Shown here in pieces: positions 26,595-35,853 of a stretch of DNA of 64,000 bases. Numbering within the stretch: the first letter of the stretch is position 1; every line of letters starts with the position of its first letter. This stretch comes from a virus. Its lineage: Duplodnaviria; Caudoviricetes. The translations under genes and the position numbers were made by a program. The stretch is from the IMG/VR virus record IMGVR_UViG_3300027971_004105, one strand, 5' to 3'. The notes below the pieces were generated by a model that searched no databases, was not told the DNA's origin, and saw nothing but the letters and a program-made list of their open reading frames with translations.

Positions 26595-27056
26595 ATGAAA
26601 AAAAAGAGTTCATTTGCTCATGTTAATAGAATTAAAAATGCATTGCATCGCCATAGCCACATTAAAGATTTTAGACCCACTCAAAGCCAAACTAAGATTT
26701 GGTTCAATATAATCAATAAAGAAATATTTGAATCTCAATTAAAAAGACCCAAGATCACTGTGAGTCAAAAGAAACTTTTATTTGGGCAGTGTGTGGCCAA
26801 CTGGGACGCTAGAGTATTGGGACGCAAGGGCGAATGGGATCAAAAGAAAATTCCCTATCATAACCCCACCATAAAATACTTGATTGAAATGCATCACAAA
26901 TTTGACACTTGGAGAGACTATATTGAAACACTGGCACATGAAATGATTCATTTATATCAAATGACAGTGGAAGAAGATTCTACTGCCAATCACAATGACA
27001 GCTTCTATGCTTGGAAGAATCGTTTCAAAAAATTTGGATTAAATTTAAGTAGATAA
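26595..27056 (+). CDS. SprT-like zinc metallopeptidase
   Basis: LAHEMIHLYQ...NHNDSF. Confidence 0.8.
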   Translation: MKKKSSFAHVNRIKNALHRHSHIKDFRPTQSQTKIWFNIINKEIFESQLKRPKITVSQKKLLFGQCVANWDARVLGRKGEWDQKKIPYHNPTIKYLIEMHHKFDTWRDYIETLAHEMIHLYQMTVEEDSTANHNDSFYAWKNRFKKFGLNLSR

Positions 27057-27062
27057 TAAACC

Positions 27063-27242
27063 TTATTTATCAAGATTTGGATTAGTCAGGTGTTCTAGGG
27101 TGATTATTTCATCTTTTGGTAAAACTTCTGACTCTGATGCGTTCTTCGCAAAAGATTTGCTTTTTGCCCAAGATTTATAAGACATTTCCTTGTCCGCTTT
27201 GGCTTCTATTCTTCTGATCTGTCTTAAACTCTTTTTGGACAT
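27063..27242 (-). CDS. 59-aa hypothetical protein
   Basis: MSKKSLRQIRRIEAKADKEM...; TAAGTA just upstream. Confidence 0.6.
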   Translation of the reverse strand: MSKKSLRQIRRIEAKADKEMSYKSWAKSKSFAKNASESEVLPKDEIITLEHLTNPNLDK

Positions 27243-27260
27243 ACAATACTTATCTTAAGG

Positions 27261-27289
27261 TTGACTTAGGCACCAAATAGTGCTATATT
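27261..27289 (+). promoter_or_regulatory. sigma70 promoter of rpsU
   Basis: TTGACT-17nt-TATATT. Confidence 0.7.
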
Positions 27290-27322
27290 TTAGTATATTT
27301 AACACAAACTAGAAAACATCGA

Positions 27323-27520
27323 ATGAAAGTTGAAGTAAGAAACAACAATGTGGAGAAAGCTCTGCGTATTCTCAAGAAGAAGCAGAAACGTGATGGTTTT
27401 TTCCAACTGCTCAAGGACAAAGAATTTTATTCCAAGCCCAGTGAGCGAAAACGTGAAGAACGCAAGAAGAATATTGCCAATTGGAGACGGGCTAAGAAAC
27501 TTAGAGACCAGCTTAGATAA
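27323..27520 (+). CDS. rpsU: Ribosomal protein bS21
   Basis: VEVRNNNVEKALRILKKK...KEFYSKPSERKR. Confidence 0.9.
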   Translation: MKVEVRNNNVEKALRILKKKQKRDGFFQLLKDKEFYSKPSERKREERKKNIANWRRAKKLRDQLR

Positions 27521-27523
27521 AAA

Positions 27524-27718
27524 ATGAAATGGTTGATGTACAAGGTGCCAGAGCATCTGGTGGTGCATTATGGCATCATGCTGATGATCATCACTGTGTT
27601 CATGCCTATGTACATTTTGGATAGACCATTGGATAGCATTCATTATTTTAATAATTTTATAATTTTTGATGTTATCTACTATATTTTTTATGAAAAATTA
27701 AACTTTACAAACGATTAG
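27524..27718 (+). CDS. Hydrophobic hypothetical protein
   Basis: 64-aa ORF with two hydrophobic segments. Confidence 0.65.
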   Translation: MKWLMYKVPEHLVVHYGIMLMIITVFMPMYILDRPLDSIHYFNNFIIFDVIYYIFYEKLNFTND

Positions 27719-27738
27719 AAAGATAGTATAATACAAAC

Positions 27739-27951
27739 ATGAATCAAACAACTCATTTAGACAAAATTCCCGTGTACTGCTCAGACACAGACAAAACTGT
27801 GATGGCAGAAGTATTAGAATTCAAACCTAGACAATTTTTAAACGTGGCCGTGGAGAGATCCATCAGGCTCACAATGAGGTATGATGCCAAACATGATCAA
27901 TATGTGGGCAACATGGCCAATTTGGAATTCACAGCGAAAGGACCAAAATAA
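27739..27951 (+). CDS. Hypothetical protein (leaderless)
   Basis: TTTACA-17nt-TATAAT at 27704-27732, ATG 6 nt later. Confidence 0.7.
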   Translation: MNQTTHLDKIPVYCSDTDKTVMAEVLEFKPRQFLNVAVERSIRLTMRYDAKHDQYVGNMANLEFTAKGPK

Positions 27952-28542
27952 ATGCCAGCATTAGTTCCCATAGTGATTGAACAAGAAGCCAGAGGCGAAC
28001 GTTCCTACGACATTTACAGCCGACTGCTCAAAGATAGATTGGTGATGTTGGATACAGAAGTATCTCCAGTGTCTTCCAGTCTTATTGTGAGTCAACTGCT
28101 ATTTTTAGAAAGCGAAAATACCAAACCCATACATTTTTATATTAACTCACCAGGAGGATTGGTCACAGCAGGCATGGCAATCTACGATACCATGCAATAT
28201 ATCAAATCTCCAGTGTACACCTATGTGATTGGTCAGGCTTGCTCTATGGGCAGTCTATTGTCACAATCAGGTGAAGCAGGTCACAGATACATGTTGAAAC
28301 ATGCCAGACACATGATACATCAACCATCAGGTGGTACTCAAGGTCAGGCCACAGACATACAAATTCATGCTCAAGAGATCCTTAAACTTAAAAAGGAACT
28401 CACTCAGATCTATGTTAATCACAATTCCAAAGGCAAAACCTTTGAGCAATTGAGTGCTGATATGGAAAGAGACAAATTCATGAACGCCCAAGAATCCCTT
28501 GAGTATGGATTGATAGATAAAATTCTATCTAAAAAAGACTAA
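27952..28542 (+). CDS. clpP: ClpP protease subunit
   Basis: DIYSRLL, YINSPGG, ACSMGS, MIHQP, ERD. Confidence 0.96.
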   Translation: MPALVPIVIEQEARGERSYDIYSRLLKDRLVMLDTEVSPVSSSLIVSQLLFLESENTKPIHFYINSPGGLVTAGMAIYDTMQYIKSPVYTYVIGQACSMGSLLSQSGEAGHRYMLKHARHMIHQPSGGTQGQATDIQIHAQEILKLKKELTQIYVNHNSKGKTFEQLSADMERDKFMNAQESLEYGLIDKILSKKD

Positions 28543-28560
28543 AAAAACGGAGGACCAACT

Positions 28561-28935
28561 ATGAAAAATACATTGACTAGAACCAAAAAATCTAGTAATA
28601 TAATAACAAGATTATTTAGAAACTTTGTTTCTGATAATGCAACAACAAGAAAAAAAGAAGGAGTACTCTCAATGAGAAAAACTACAAGTATCCAAGATAG
28701 AGTGGAAGCTGCTTTAGAAGCTGGTCAAGCTCTTACAGCGTCAGCGATCAAAAATAGATTCGGTGCCGCAAATCCAGGTGCTGTAATTCAAAGCCTAAGA
28801 TTCAAAGGCTTCCCAGTATTTTTAAACACAAATAAAAAAACTGGTGCAAAAGTTTACAGAACAGGAAAAGCCCCAAGAAAAGTAATCGGTGCTGGTTATC
28901 AGGCCATTGCTAGAGGTTTAGTACAAGTAGACTAA
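28561..28935 (+). CDS. Small HTH-like DNA-binding protein; second SD-led start at 28672
   Basis: LTASAIKNRFGAANPGAVIQSLRFKG; GGAGG and AGGAG SDs. Confidence 0.65.
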   Translation: MKNTLTRTKKSSNIITRLFRNFVSDNATTRKKEGVLSMRKTTSIQDRVEAALEAGQALTASAIKNRFGAANPGAVIQSLRFKGFPVFLNTNKKTGAKVYRTGKAPRKVIGAGYQAIARGLVQVD

Positions 28936-28960
28936 TTTCTACTTCTGTTAGTTTTAAAAA

Positions 28961-28987
28961 GGGCGGCTCTTAGGGGTCGCCTTTTTT
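28961..28987 (+). terminator. Intrinsic terminator
   Basis: GGCGGCTC-TTAG-GGGTCGCC plus T6. Confidence 0.9.
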
Positions 28988-29058
28988 ATTTTAAGACAAT
29001 CCATTTTAAGTCATTGATTTATATGACCTTTTAGATGGGTTTAAGGCACCAATATATT

Positions 29059-29087
29059 TTGACTTTTTGCTTCAAAGAAGTTAATAT
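29059..29087 (+). promoter_or_regulatory. sigma70-type promoter
   Basis: TTGACT-17nt-TAATAT. Confidence 0.7.
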
Positions 29088-29122
29088 ATACATATTAGGC
29101 AAACAAACTATAGGCAAAACAT

Positions 29123-30127
29123 ATGAAAAGGCAAATCTACGTTCTAGAAGGCAGTTACAGAAATAAAAAAATTGAAAATCAGGTATTTGAACTTGTGAAA
29201 CCATATCATCCATATCCACACAAAGAAGGTGGCTTTGTCACTGTTAAGGTGGAAGACATCAAAGAATTTCCAGGAGCCTCAGACAAAGAGATCAGAGTAT
29301 CAGTGGATTCAGAATCCCAACTGAGAGACAACGCACCAGAAACTCCCAAAGAAGAATCAGATGAGCAAGTGGTGGAAAGATTAAGAAAAAGATTTGACAT
29401 ATTAACTGCCATGACCAAGGCTTGTAAAAAAGGTGATGTGAGAGCAATGATTGTGTCAGGTCCTCCAGGAGTGGGCAAGTCATTTGGTGTGGAAGCTGTG
29501 CTACAAAAACACGACATCCTAGCCACATTGGGAGAGAGTAAACCCAAGTATGAAGTGGTCAAAGGCGCTATGAGTGCTTTGGGCTTGTATTGTAAATTGT
29601 ATCATTTCAAAGAGAAAGACAATGTATTGGTGTTTGACGATTGCGATAGTATATTGTTGGAAGACCTATCATTGAACATATTGAAGGCAGCATTAGATTC
29701 CAAAAGATCTAGAAGAATTTGTTGGAACACAGAAGCATACAGACTGAGAGAAGAAGGTGTGCCCAGCAGTTTTGAATTCAAAGGATCTGCTATATTCATT
29801 ACCAATATTAAATTTGATAATGTTAAGAGCAAAAAACTAAGAGATCATTTGGAGGCACTGGAGTCTAGAAGTCACTATATTGATCTCACAATAGATACTA
29901 TCAGAGAAAAAATATTGAGAATTAGACAGATTGTGACTGATGGCATGTTGAAAGAATATGAGTTGTCACCAGAAACTGAAAATCAGATAGTGGAGTTTGT
30001 GGTGGAACATCAACGCAGACTGAGAGAGATCAGTCTTAGAACTGTGCTGAAGGTGGCAGATTTGGCCAAAGCATTTCCGAACACTTGGACAGAAACTGCT
30101 GTGCATACCATATTAAAACCTAGATAA
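29123..30127 (+). CDS. AAA+ P-loop ATPase of unknown function
   Basis: GPPGVGKS Walker A, VFDDCD Walker B, SR arginine finger. Confidence 0.85.
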   Translation: MKRQIYVLEGSYRNKKIENQVFELVKPYHPYPHKEGGFVTVKVEDIKEFPGASDKEIRVSVDSESQLRDNAPETPKEESDEQVVERLRKRFDILTAMTKACKKGDVRAMIVSGPPGVGKSFGVEAVLQKHDILATLGESKPKYEVVKGAMSALGLYCKLYHFKEKDNVLVFDDCDSILLEDLSLNILKAALDSKRSRRICWNTEAYRLREEGVPSSFEFKGSAIFITNIKFDNVKSKKLRDHLEALESRSHYIDLTIDTIREKILRIRQIVTDGMLKEYELSPETENQIVEFVVEHQRRLREISLRTVLKVADLAKAFPNTWTETAVHTILKPR

Positions 30128-30137
30128 TAGTAGTAAG

Positions 30138-31472
30138 ATGAGAACTCAACCACAAGAAGTAATTGCTAAATTGGAAGCAGACAACAGCAGATTGGCCAAG
30201 GAAGCCATTCTGTTGTCAGCCATGCAGGAAGGATTGGATGAGTTCTTTGAAGGTGTGCGTATGTGTTTGGACAAACTGTACACATTTGGTGTTAAGCAAG
30301 TGCCTGAAAAAGACACTGTAATATCTGCTCAAGGATGCGAATGGAAGATATTTAAACAATTGGCAGAACAATTACATCGTAGAGAGCTCACAGGTCATGC
30401 GGCTCGTGATGCCATTAATCTTGTGATGGGCACAGCCACAGCAGAACAATGGAATGGTTTTTACAGAAGAATATTAATCAAAGACCTAAGATGTGGAGTG
30501 AGTGAAAAAACTGTAAACAGTGTGGCCACTAAGAACAAATTTAAGCAATATGAAGTGCCAGTGTTCACTTGCCAATTAGCACATGACAGCGCCAACCACG
30601 AAAAAAAGTTGGTGGGTAAGAAAATGTTGGAAGTTAAATTGGATGGTGTGAGAGTGATCACTATTGTGTATCCAGATGGCAAAGTGGACATGTTCAGCCG
30701 CAATGGCAAAGAGTTTACCAACTTTGGACACATAGCAGATCAGATATCACAAGTGGTTAAAAAATCACCTCCTCCCTATCCTGTGGTATTGGATGGTGAA
30801 GTGATGAGTGAAAATTTTCAGGATTTAATGAAGCAGGTACACCGTAAAGAATCAGTGGGTGCTTTGGATGCTGTGTTGCACTTGTTTGATTTCTTACCAT
30901 TGTCCGATTTTATGGCAGGTGGTTGGAATAAGAAACAAACAGATAGAACCATCATGCTGAAGGCTTGGTATGATCAACACAAGAGCGATTTAAACGCCGT
31001 TACAGTGTTGGCTCATGAGATTGTGGACTTGGACACAGCAGAAGGACAAAAGACTTACACAGAGGTTAATAAGAGGGCAGTAGAAGGTGGATATGAAGGC
31101 ATTATGATCAAGGACTTGTCAGCAGGCTATGAATGCAAAAGAAGTCATGCTTGGTTAAAACTAAAACCATTTATTGAAGTGAGCCTCACAATAAAAGATG
31201 TGGAAGAAGGCACAGGTAAGAATGTGGGCAAATTGGGAGCCTTCATTGTGGAAGGCATGGATGATAACAAATTGATTAAAAGTAATGTAGGCTCAGGATT
31301 AACAGATGAAGATCGTGAGACTTTTTGGAAAGACAAAGATTCACTGATTGGACAAGTGATTGAAGTGAGAGCAGATGCTGTGACACAAAATCAAGATGCT
31401 GTGGATGAGTATTCCCTGCGTTTTCCAAGATTTATGAAGTTCAGAGGGTTTGACAAAGGAGAAAAACTGTGA
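30138..31472 (+). CDS. lig: ATP-dependent DNA ligase
   Basis: EVKLDGVR, LDGE, EGIMIK, WLKLKP, SLRFPRF. Confidence 0.95.
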   Translation: MRTQPQEVIAKLEADNSRLAKEAILLSAMQEGLDEFFEGVRMCLDKLYTFGVKQVPEKDTVISAQGCEWKIFKQLAEQLHRRELTGHAARDAINLVMGTATAEQWNGFYRRILIKDLRCGVSEKTVNSVATKNKFKQYEVPVFTCQLAHDSANHEKKLVGKKMLEVKLDGVRVITIVYPDGKVDMFSRNGKEFTNFGHIADQISQVVKKSPPPYPVVLDGEVMSENFQDLMKQVHRKESVGALDAVLHLFDFLPLSDFMAGGWNKKQTDRTIMLKAWYDQHKSDLNAVTVLAHEIVDLDTAEGQKTYTEVNKRAVEGGYEGIMIKDLSAGYECKRSHAWLKLKPFIEVSLTIKDVEEGTGKNVGKLGAFIVEGMDDNKLIKSNVGSGLTDEDRETFWKDKDSLIGQVIEVRADAVTQNQDAVDEYSLRFPRFMKFRGFDKGEKL

Positions 31473-31657
31473 GTGAACTGGAGATCATTAAAAAAGCAAT
31501 GATGGAAAACAAGAAACTGTTCTTGAGTGAGATGAAACAATTGAATGACAAGGTGGATGCTTTGAATACCAAATTAAGCAAACACATATCATTCATTGAA
31601 CAGGTGTATGCTCCGTTGAGCAACAGCATAGATAAATTTAAAAAATTATTCAAATGA
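31469..31657 (+). CDS. Coiled-coil hypothetical protein
   Basis: GTG start overlapping the ligase stop. Confidence 0.7.
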   Translation: MSELEIIKKAMMENKKLFLSEMKQLNDKVDALNTKLSKHISFIEQVYAPLSNSIDKFKKLFK

Positions 31658-31941
31658 AAAATATATTCAAACACATATTACCAGAAATATTTGACGCAGA
31701 CACTGCTTTTAATAGTTCATTGCCTAAGGTTACTAGATTTCAAATACTGATGGTGCTTGCCACCATGTGGGCTTTTATATTTGCATTGATTGTGGCAGAG
31801 TTTATTGCATTTGGAATCACTGTGACCACCAGTGTGATTGCCCATGCTTTGGTGATAGGTGGCATAATCTTCACAAGAAAAAAATTAAATCAAAGAATTG
31901 ACGGCTACAATGGTAGAGCACAGGGTGGAGAGCACGAATGA
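31654..31941 (+). CDS. Two-TM membrane protein
   Basis: Hydrophobic core; ATGA overlaps. Confidence 0.7.
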   Translation: MKNIFKHILPEIFDADTAFNSSLPKVTRFQILMVLATMWAFIFALIVAEFIAFGITVTTSVIAHALVIGGIIFTRKKLNQRIDGYNGRAQGGEHE

Positions 31942-32153
31942 AAAAATACACAATAGAAATATCAGTGGGCGACACAGTGGAAGTGGGTAGATTCCGTAAT
32001 GTGGTGGCTAAAATTACAGATATACAAATGGACGATCATGGTCAACCAGTGATTTATACCAACAAAGGACCTAAAAAATTATTCAGTTGTAGATTGAGTA
32101 AATTAACACCAGGGTCTAAGACACCCAAGCAGATACTGCAGGAGAAACGATGA
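31938..32153 (+). CDS. Small SH3/KOW-like hypothetical protein
   Basis: ISVGDTVEVGRFRN; ATGA overlaps. Confidence 0.7.
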   Translation: MKKYTIEISVGDTVEVGRFRNVVAKITDIQMDDHGQPVIYTNKGPKKLFSCRLSKLTPGSKTPKQILQEKR

Positions 32154-32365
32154 ATACTGATATCACACTGCTGATGGGCATAGTATTATTGCTGATGTTG
32201 GGTGCTTTAATCGGTTGGTATCTGAGTGAAAGATGGTATTCCCAAAGACTTTTTATCATACTGGAAGAGTGCAAAAAATTAAATGCAGCCACTATCACAC
32301 TGTGGCAAGACATACTCAAACACAAAGAAAAAAATCTTCAAGATCAAGACAATTTACCTAAATAG
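32150..32365 (+). CDS. Single-TM hypothetical protein
   Basis: N-terminal hydrophobic helix. Confidence 0.65.
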   Translation: MNTDITLLMGIVLLLMLGALIGWYLSERWYSQRLFIILEECKKLNAATITLWQDILKHKEKNLQDQDNLPK

Positions 32366-32374
32366 GTTGATTTT

Positions 32375-33244
32375 ATGTTCAAATGGCTATATAGCTGTTA
32401 TAGCATGAATGATACCGCAGAAAAATATCGTCCTAGCATACAGGATAGAATCGCAGAGAGAGTGCGTGAAATAGTTGTGCCAGTGGAAGACTGGTTGGAT
32501 CGATTGATCACCATGCCAGATAGATTTAATCCTGAAACATTCCAATTGATAGAACATTTCAAAAAAGAAAAAGTGGGTGGCGTGCATGCCCGTAAGATTA
32601 TAGAAATGTACGAAACTCAATACAAAGAATACAAGGATCTATTGGAACTGAGAAAAAAGAATTTAAAATTTAAAGAGATTGACGAAGAAGGAGAAGGTGA
32701 TTCTGAAGAAAGACAACTGTTGGAATCATACGAAGACGTCAGCAATGAAGTGATAGAAAAAGGTATCAAAGCTCATGATAACATATTCAAAGCCTGCGAT
32801 TATATGATAGATATTGCCAATGCCAATCGTAAACCACGCAAGAAGAAACTCATCAGCAAAGAAAAAATGGTATCCAAATTACAATATTGTGTGGAAGACA
32901 CCAAGTACAATTTAAAAAGCATTGATCCCAAAGATATTATCACAGCCGAACAGGTATGGGTGTTCAATACAAAAACTAGAAAATTAGGCATATATGTGGC
33001 CAGTGTGTTGGATCCCAGAGGACTCAACAGAGAGGGCACAGGATTGAGTGTGAAAGGTGCCAGCATACAAGGATTTAACCCAGAAAAAAGCATACAAAAG
33101 ACCCTTAGAAAGCCTGAACTGCAACTGAATGAATTTATGAAGTGTGGCCCAGTTAAATCCAAGACCTTTTTCACAGAGATCAACAGCATGGAAATTGCCC
33201 TCTCAGGACGCATTAATTCGGACACCGTATTATTAAAAGTTTAG
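32375..33244 (+). CDS. Hypothetical protein
   Basis: 289-aa ORF; WVFNTKTRKL, QKTLRKPE, GRINSD. Confidence 0.8.
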   Translation: MFKWLYSCYSMNDTAEKYRPSIQDRIAERVREIVVPVEDWLDRLITMPDRFNPETFQLIEHFKKEKVGGVHARKIIEMYETQYKEYKDLLELRKKNLKFKEIDEEGEGDSEERQLLESYEDVSNEVIEKGIKAHDNIFKACDYMIDIANANRKPRKKKLISKEKMVSKLQYCVEDTKYNLKSIDPKDIITAEQVWVFNTKTRKLGIYVASVLDPRGLNREGTGLSVKGASIQGFNPEKSIQKTLRKPELQLNEFMKCGPVKSKTFFTEINSMEIALSGRINSDTVLLKV

Positions 33245-33260
33245 ATATAAATAGTAGTGT

Positions 33261-34151
33261 ATGTCAAAATCCATTGAACGCAATATAGCATCAGTTAATA
33301 AAGGAGCAGACGATTTTACCACTGGTTTAAAACAGTTGGCACAATCTGCAGCAGATGCCATCAACAACAAGCATATTCAAGAGAAACCCATTGAGTTCAT
33401 GGGCACTGCTGACAATGGTATCTACGGCAAAGGACTACAGTGGACCGGAGTTGGACAAACCAAATATCTAGTGCTGCAGGCCACTCCAGACAGAATTTGG
33501 AGCAACGTCAACATAGATTTAAAACCAGAGAATCATTACAGCATTGACAACACATCAGTATTGAGTGCCAATGAGTTGGGCAAAACCGTGACCAAGAGCA
33601 ATCTACGTCAGGTGGGCACATTGAATAATCTGGTGGTGTCAGGCAATTTAAACGTGAGTCAATTTGTTATTTTTGATTCGGGCATGAACAGACTGGGCGT
33701 GGGCACAGAAACTCCCAATGCCACATTATCAGTGGCCAGCAACACTGTGGAATTTATTGTGCAACCAGGTGTGTCTGCAGCAGACATAGGCACTCATACC
33801 AACAGTGGTCTTAATATTAAAACTGACAACACAGATAGAATTTCAATCACAGCCAATGGCCATATCACTTTGGGATTGAAAGGCAACACTGAAACTAAAA
33901 TTAATATGTACGGCAGAGTGGGTATTGGTGTTACCAGTGTGGAATCAGATGTGAGTCTCAGCACTTCAGGAGCAGTAAAATTCCAAAACAAAAAATTTGA
34001 AATTGGCAACAGTGAGCCTTTAGCAGGATCTTACACTCAGGGTGATGTGGTATGGAACAGTGCACCAACTCCAGGCAACGTAATAGGTTGGGTGTGTGTG
34101 TTGACCGGCACTCCAGGACAGTGGAAATCATTCGGCGCAATAGCCAATTAA
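33261..34151 (+). CDS. Tail-fibre-like structural protein
   Basis: SNLRQVGTL, RLGVGTETPNATL repeats, C-terminal GWVCV..GTPGQW; TATAAATA 7 nt upstream. Confidence 0.6.
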   Translation: MSKSIERNIASVNKGADDFTTGLKQLAQSAADAINNKHIQEKPIEFMGTADNGIYGKGLQWTGVGQTKYLVLQATPDRIWSNVNIDLKPENHYSIDNTSVLSANELGKTVTKSNLRQVGTLNNLVVSGNLNVSQFVIFDSGMNRLGVGTETPNATLSVASNTVEFIVQPGVSAADIGTHTNSGLNIKTDNTDRISITANGHITLGLKGNTETKINMYGRVGIGVTSVESDVSLSTSGAVKFQNKKFEIGNSEPLAGSYTQGDVVWNSAPTPGNVIGWVCVLTGTPGQWKSFGAIAN

Positions 34152-34152
34152 T

Positions 34153-34599
34153 CTAAGTACTCATCACATCTTTGAGATATTTCTTATTCCAATATTTGTA
34201 ATAATTCTTTGATCGCAAGAATTTTCTAGCAGACTCTAATTTGGATCTTTTTTGACACAGTATAAGATTGTACAAACCGTTGTTGGTTCTCACGTTTTTA
34301 ATTTGAGTTTCTTCATCCCAATGATCAGCTAGGAATACATATTCCTTATGAGTATCATTCAATTGATCGCACAACTCATACATGTCTTTCTTTTTCATGC
34401 GAAATTCTTTGAGATACAACAGCACGTCCAAGGTTTCCAACAGTGTTTGGTCTTTTTCAAATCTAATCTTTTTGCGTACTCTGTCTAGGATCTTATATCG
34501 GGCACGGACAGCATAAGGACACACTGCCAACCCTCCCAATTCTGATTGAACCATGCTGAGATGTTTGGTCCAGAGCTTGATGTGTGATTTCATAGACAT
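34153..34599 (-). CDS. Hypothetical protein
   Basis: LGGLAVCPYA; TAAATA 7 nt upstream on the minus strand. Confidence 0.7.
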   Translation of the reverse strand: MSMKSHIKLWTKHLSMVQSELGGLAVCPYAVRARYKILDRVRKKIRFEKDQTLLETLDVLLYLKEFRMKKKDMYELCDQLNDTHKEYVFLADHWDEETQIKNVRTNNGLYNLILCQKRSKLESARKFLRSKNYYKYWNKKYLKDVMST

Positions 34600-34606
34600 A
34601 TATGTG

Positions 34607-34619
34607 TATTTAATAAATA
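34607..34619. promoter_or_regulatory. Palindromic bidirectional late promoter
   Basis: TATTTA-A-TAAATA between two divergent ATGs only 25 bp apart. Confidence 0.7.
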
Positions 34620-34624
34620 TAGAC

Positions 34625-35209
34625 ATGTTTGTAATAGGCAACGGTGAAAGTCGAAAGCACATAAACCTCGACAAAATTAATCAAACCAAGATAGGCTGCA
34701 ATGCTGTGTTTAGAGATTGGCAAATGGATCATCTAGTTTGTTGTGATCGCAAGATGGTGTTGGAAGCTCTGCATGAAACCAATCCAGACCTTACCAAAAT
34801 ACACACCAGAGCTGAATATATCAGTATGGATTCAAGATTGAGTTGTGTGCCAGATTTGCCTTATGAGAGCAAACTGAGACAGGATCAACCCATTCATTGG
34901 GGCAGTGGTCCTTATGCTGTGCTGTTGGCCATAAAACTTATTCATTCCGATGAAACCATCCACCTGTTGGGATTTGATCTATATGGCACCGGAGAGAGAA
35001 TCAATAATGTGTACAAAGACAGTGTGGGTTATAAAAAATCGCATGAAAGAGCAGTGGATCCTAGATATTGGATACATCAGTTGCACCAGTTGTTTGAATT
35101 GCATCCAAACATAAAATTTGTGATGCATGTGACAGAATCTTTCGTCAAACCCACTGAATGGCATCATACCAATTTAGAATATCAGAGCTTGACAATGCTG
35201 CGGCAATAA
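34625..35209 (+). CDS. DUF115/GT29-like nucleotide-sugar-binding protein
   Basis: VIGNGESR, GCN, SGPYAVLLA, LLGFD. Confidence 0.5.
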   Translation: MFVIGNGESRKHINLDKINQTKIGCNAVFRDWQMDHLVCCDRKMVLEALHETNPDLTKIHTRAEYISMDSRLSCVPDLPYESKLRQDQPIHWGSGPYAVLLAIKLIHSDETIHLLGFDLYGTGERINNVYKDSVGYKKSHERAVDPRYWIHQLHQLFELHPNIKFVMHVTESFVKPTEWHHTNLEYQSLTMLRQ

Positions 35210-35228
35210 TGTAATAATATATGATGTT

Positions 35229-35313
35229 TGTAATTTATGACAATTACACATAGAGGACTTGGTATAATCCCTCTTTAAAAATTCTTCTACCATATTAAAC
35301 AATAGGAGATAAT
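35229..35313 (+). promoter_or_regulatory. Candidate preQ1-I-like riboswitch leader
   Basis: P0 hairpin, P1 AGAGG/CCUCU, P2 UGGUA/UACCA, A-rich L3, anti-SD UCUUCUA/UAGGAGA. Confidence 0.5.
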
Positions 35314-35841
35314 ATGGTGAAATATTACAGTACAAAAACATACGGCAACGACCGAGGTTTGAGTTGTTGTTTTAGACAGTGGCAGAGCACTCATTCACAC
35401 TGTTCTTTGCTGCATGGTTACAGCATAGGTATTAAATTAACTTTTGAATCAGAGACTCTGGATGATCGCAATTGGGTCATGGACTTTGGTGGATTGAAAG
35501 CATTCAAAGAATGGAGTGAACACATGTTTGATCACACATTGGTGGTGGCTGAAAATGATCCACACCTAGACAAATTTAAAGCATTGGCAGCATTGGGATT
35601 AAATTCAGTGGGCGGCATCTGTGATCTACGCATAGTGCCAGCAGTGGGCTGTGAAAAATTCAGCGAGTTGGTTTACAATGAGATGAACAAGATATTGAAA
35701 ACTTTTCAGTCAGGCAAGACTTACAAGTTGCCCAACGGTAAAGGATTTGATTGCAGGTATCCTGTGGGTCAAGGAGTCAAATTGCATTCAGTGGAAGTGT
35801 TTGAACACGCAGGGAATTCGGCCATATATCAAGCACAATAA
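35314..35841 (+). CDS. queD: 6-pyruvoyl-tetrahydropterin synthase / QueD family
   Basis: HSHCSLLHGY, WVMDFGGLK, FDH, C-terminal VEVFEH. Confidence 0.85.
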   Translation: MVKYYSTKTYGNDRGLSCCFRQWQSTHSHCSLLHGYSIGIKLTFESETLDDRNWVMDFGGLKAFKEWSEHMFDHTLVVAENDPHLDKFKALAALGLNSVGGICDLRIVPAVGCEKFSELVYNEMNKILKTFQSGKTYKLPNGKGFDCRYPVGQGVKLHSVEVFEHAGNSAIYQAQ

Positions 35842-35853
35842 ATACTCCTGACC

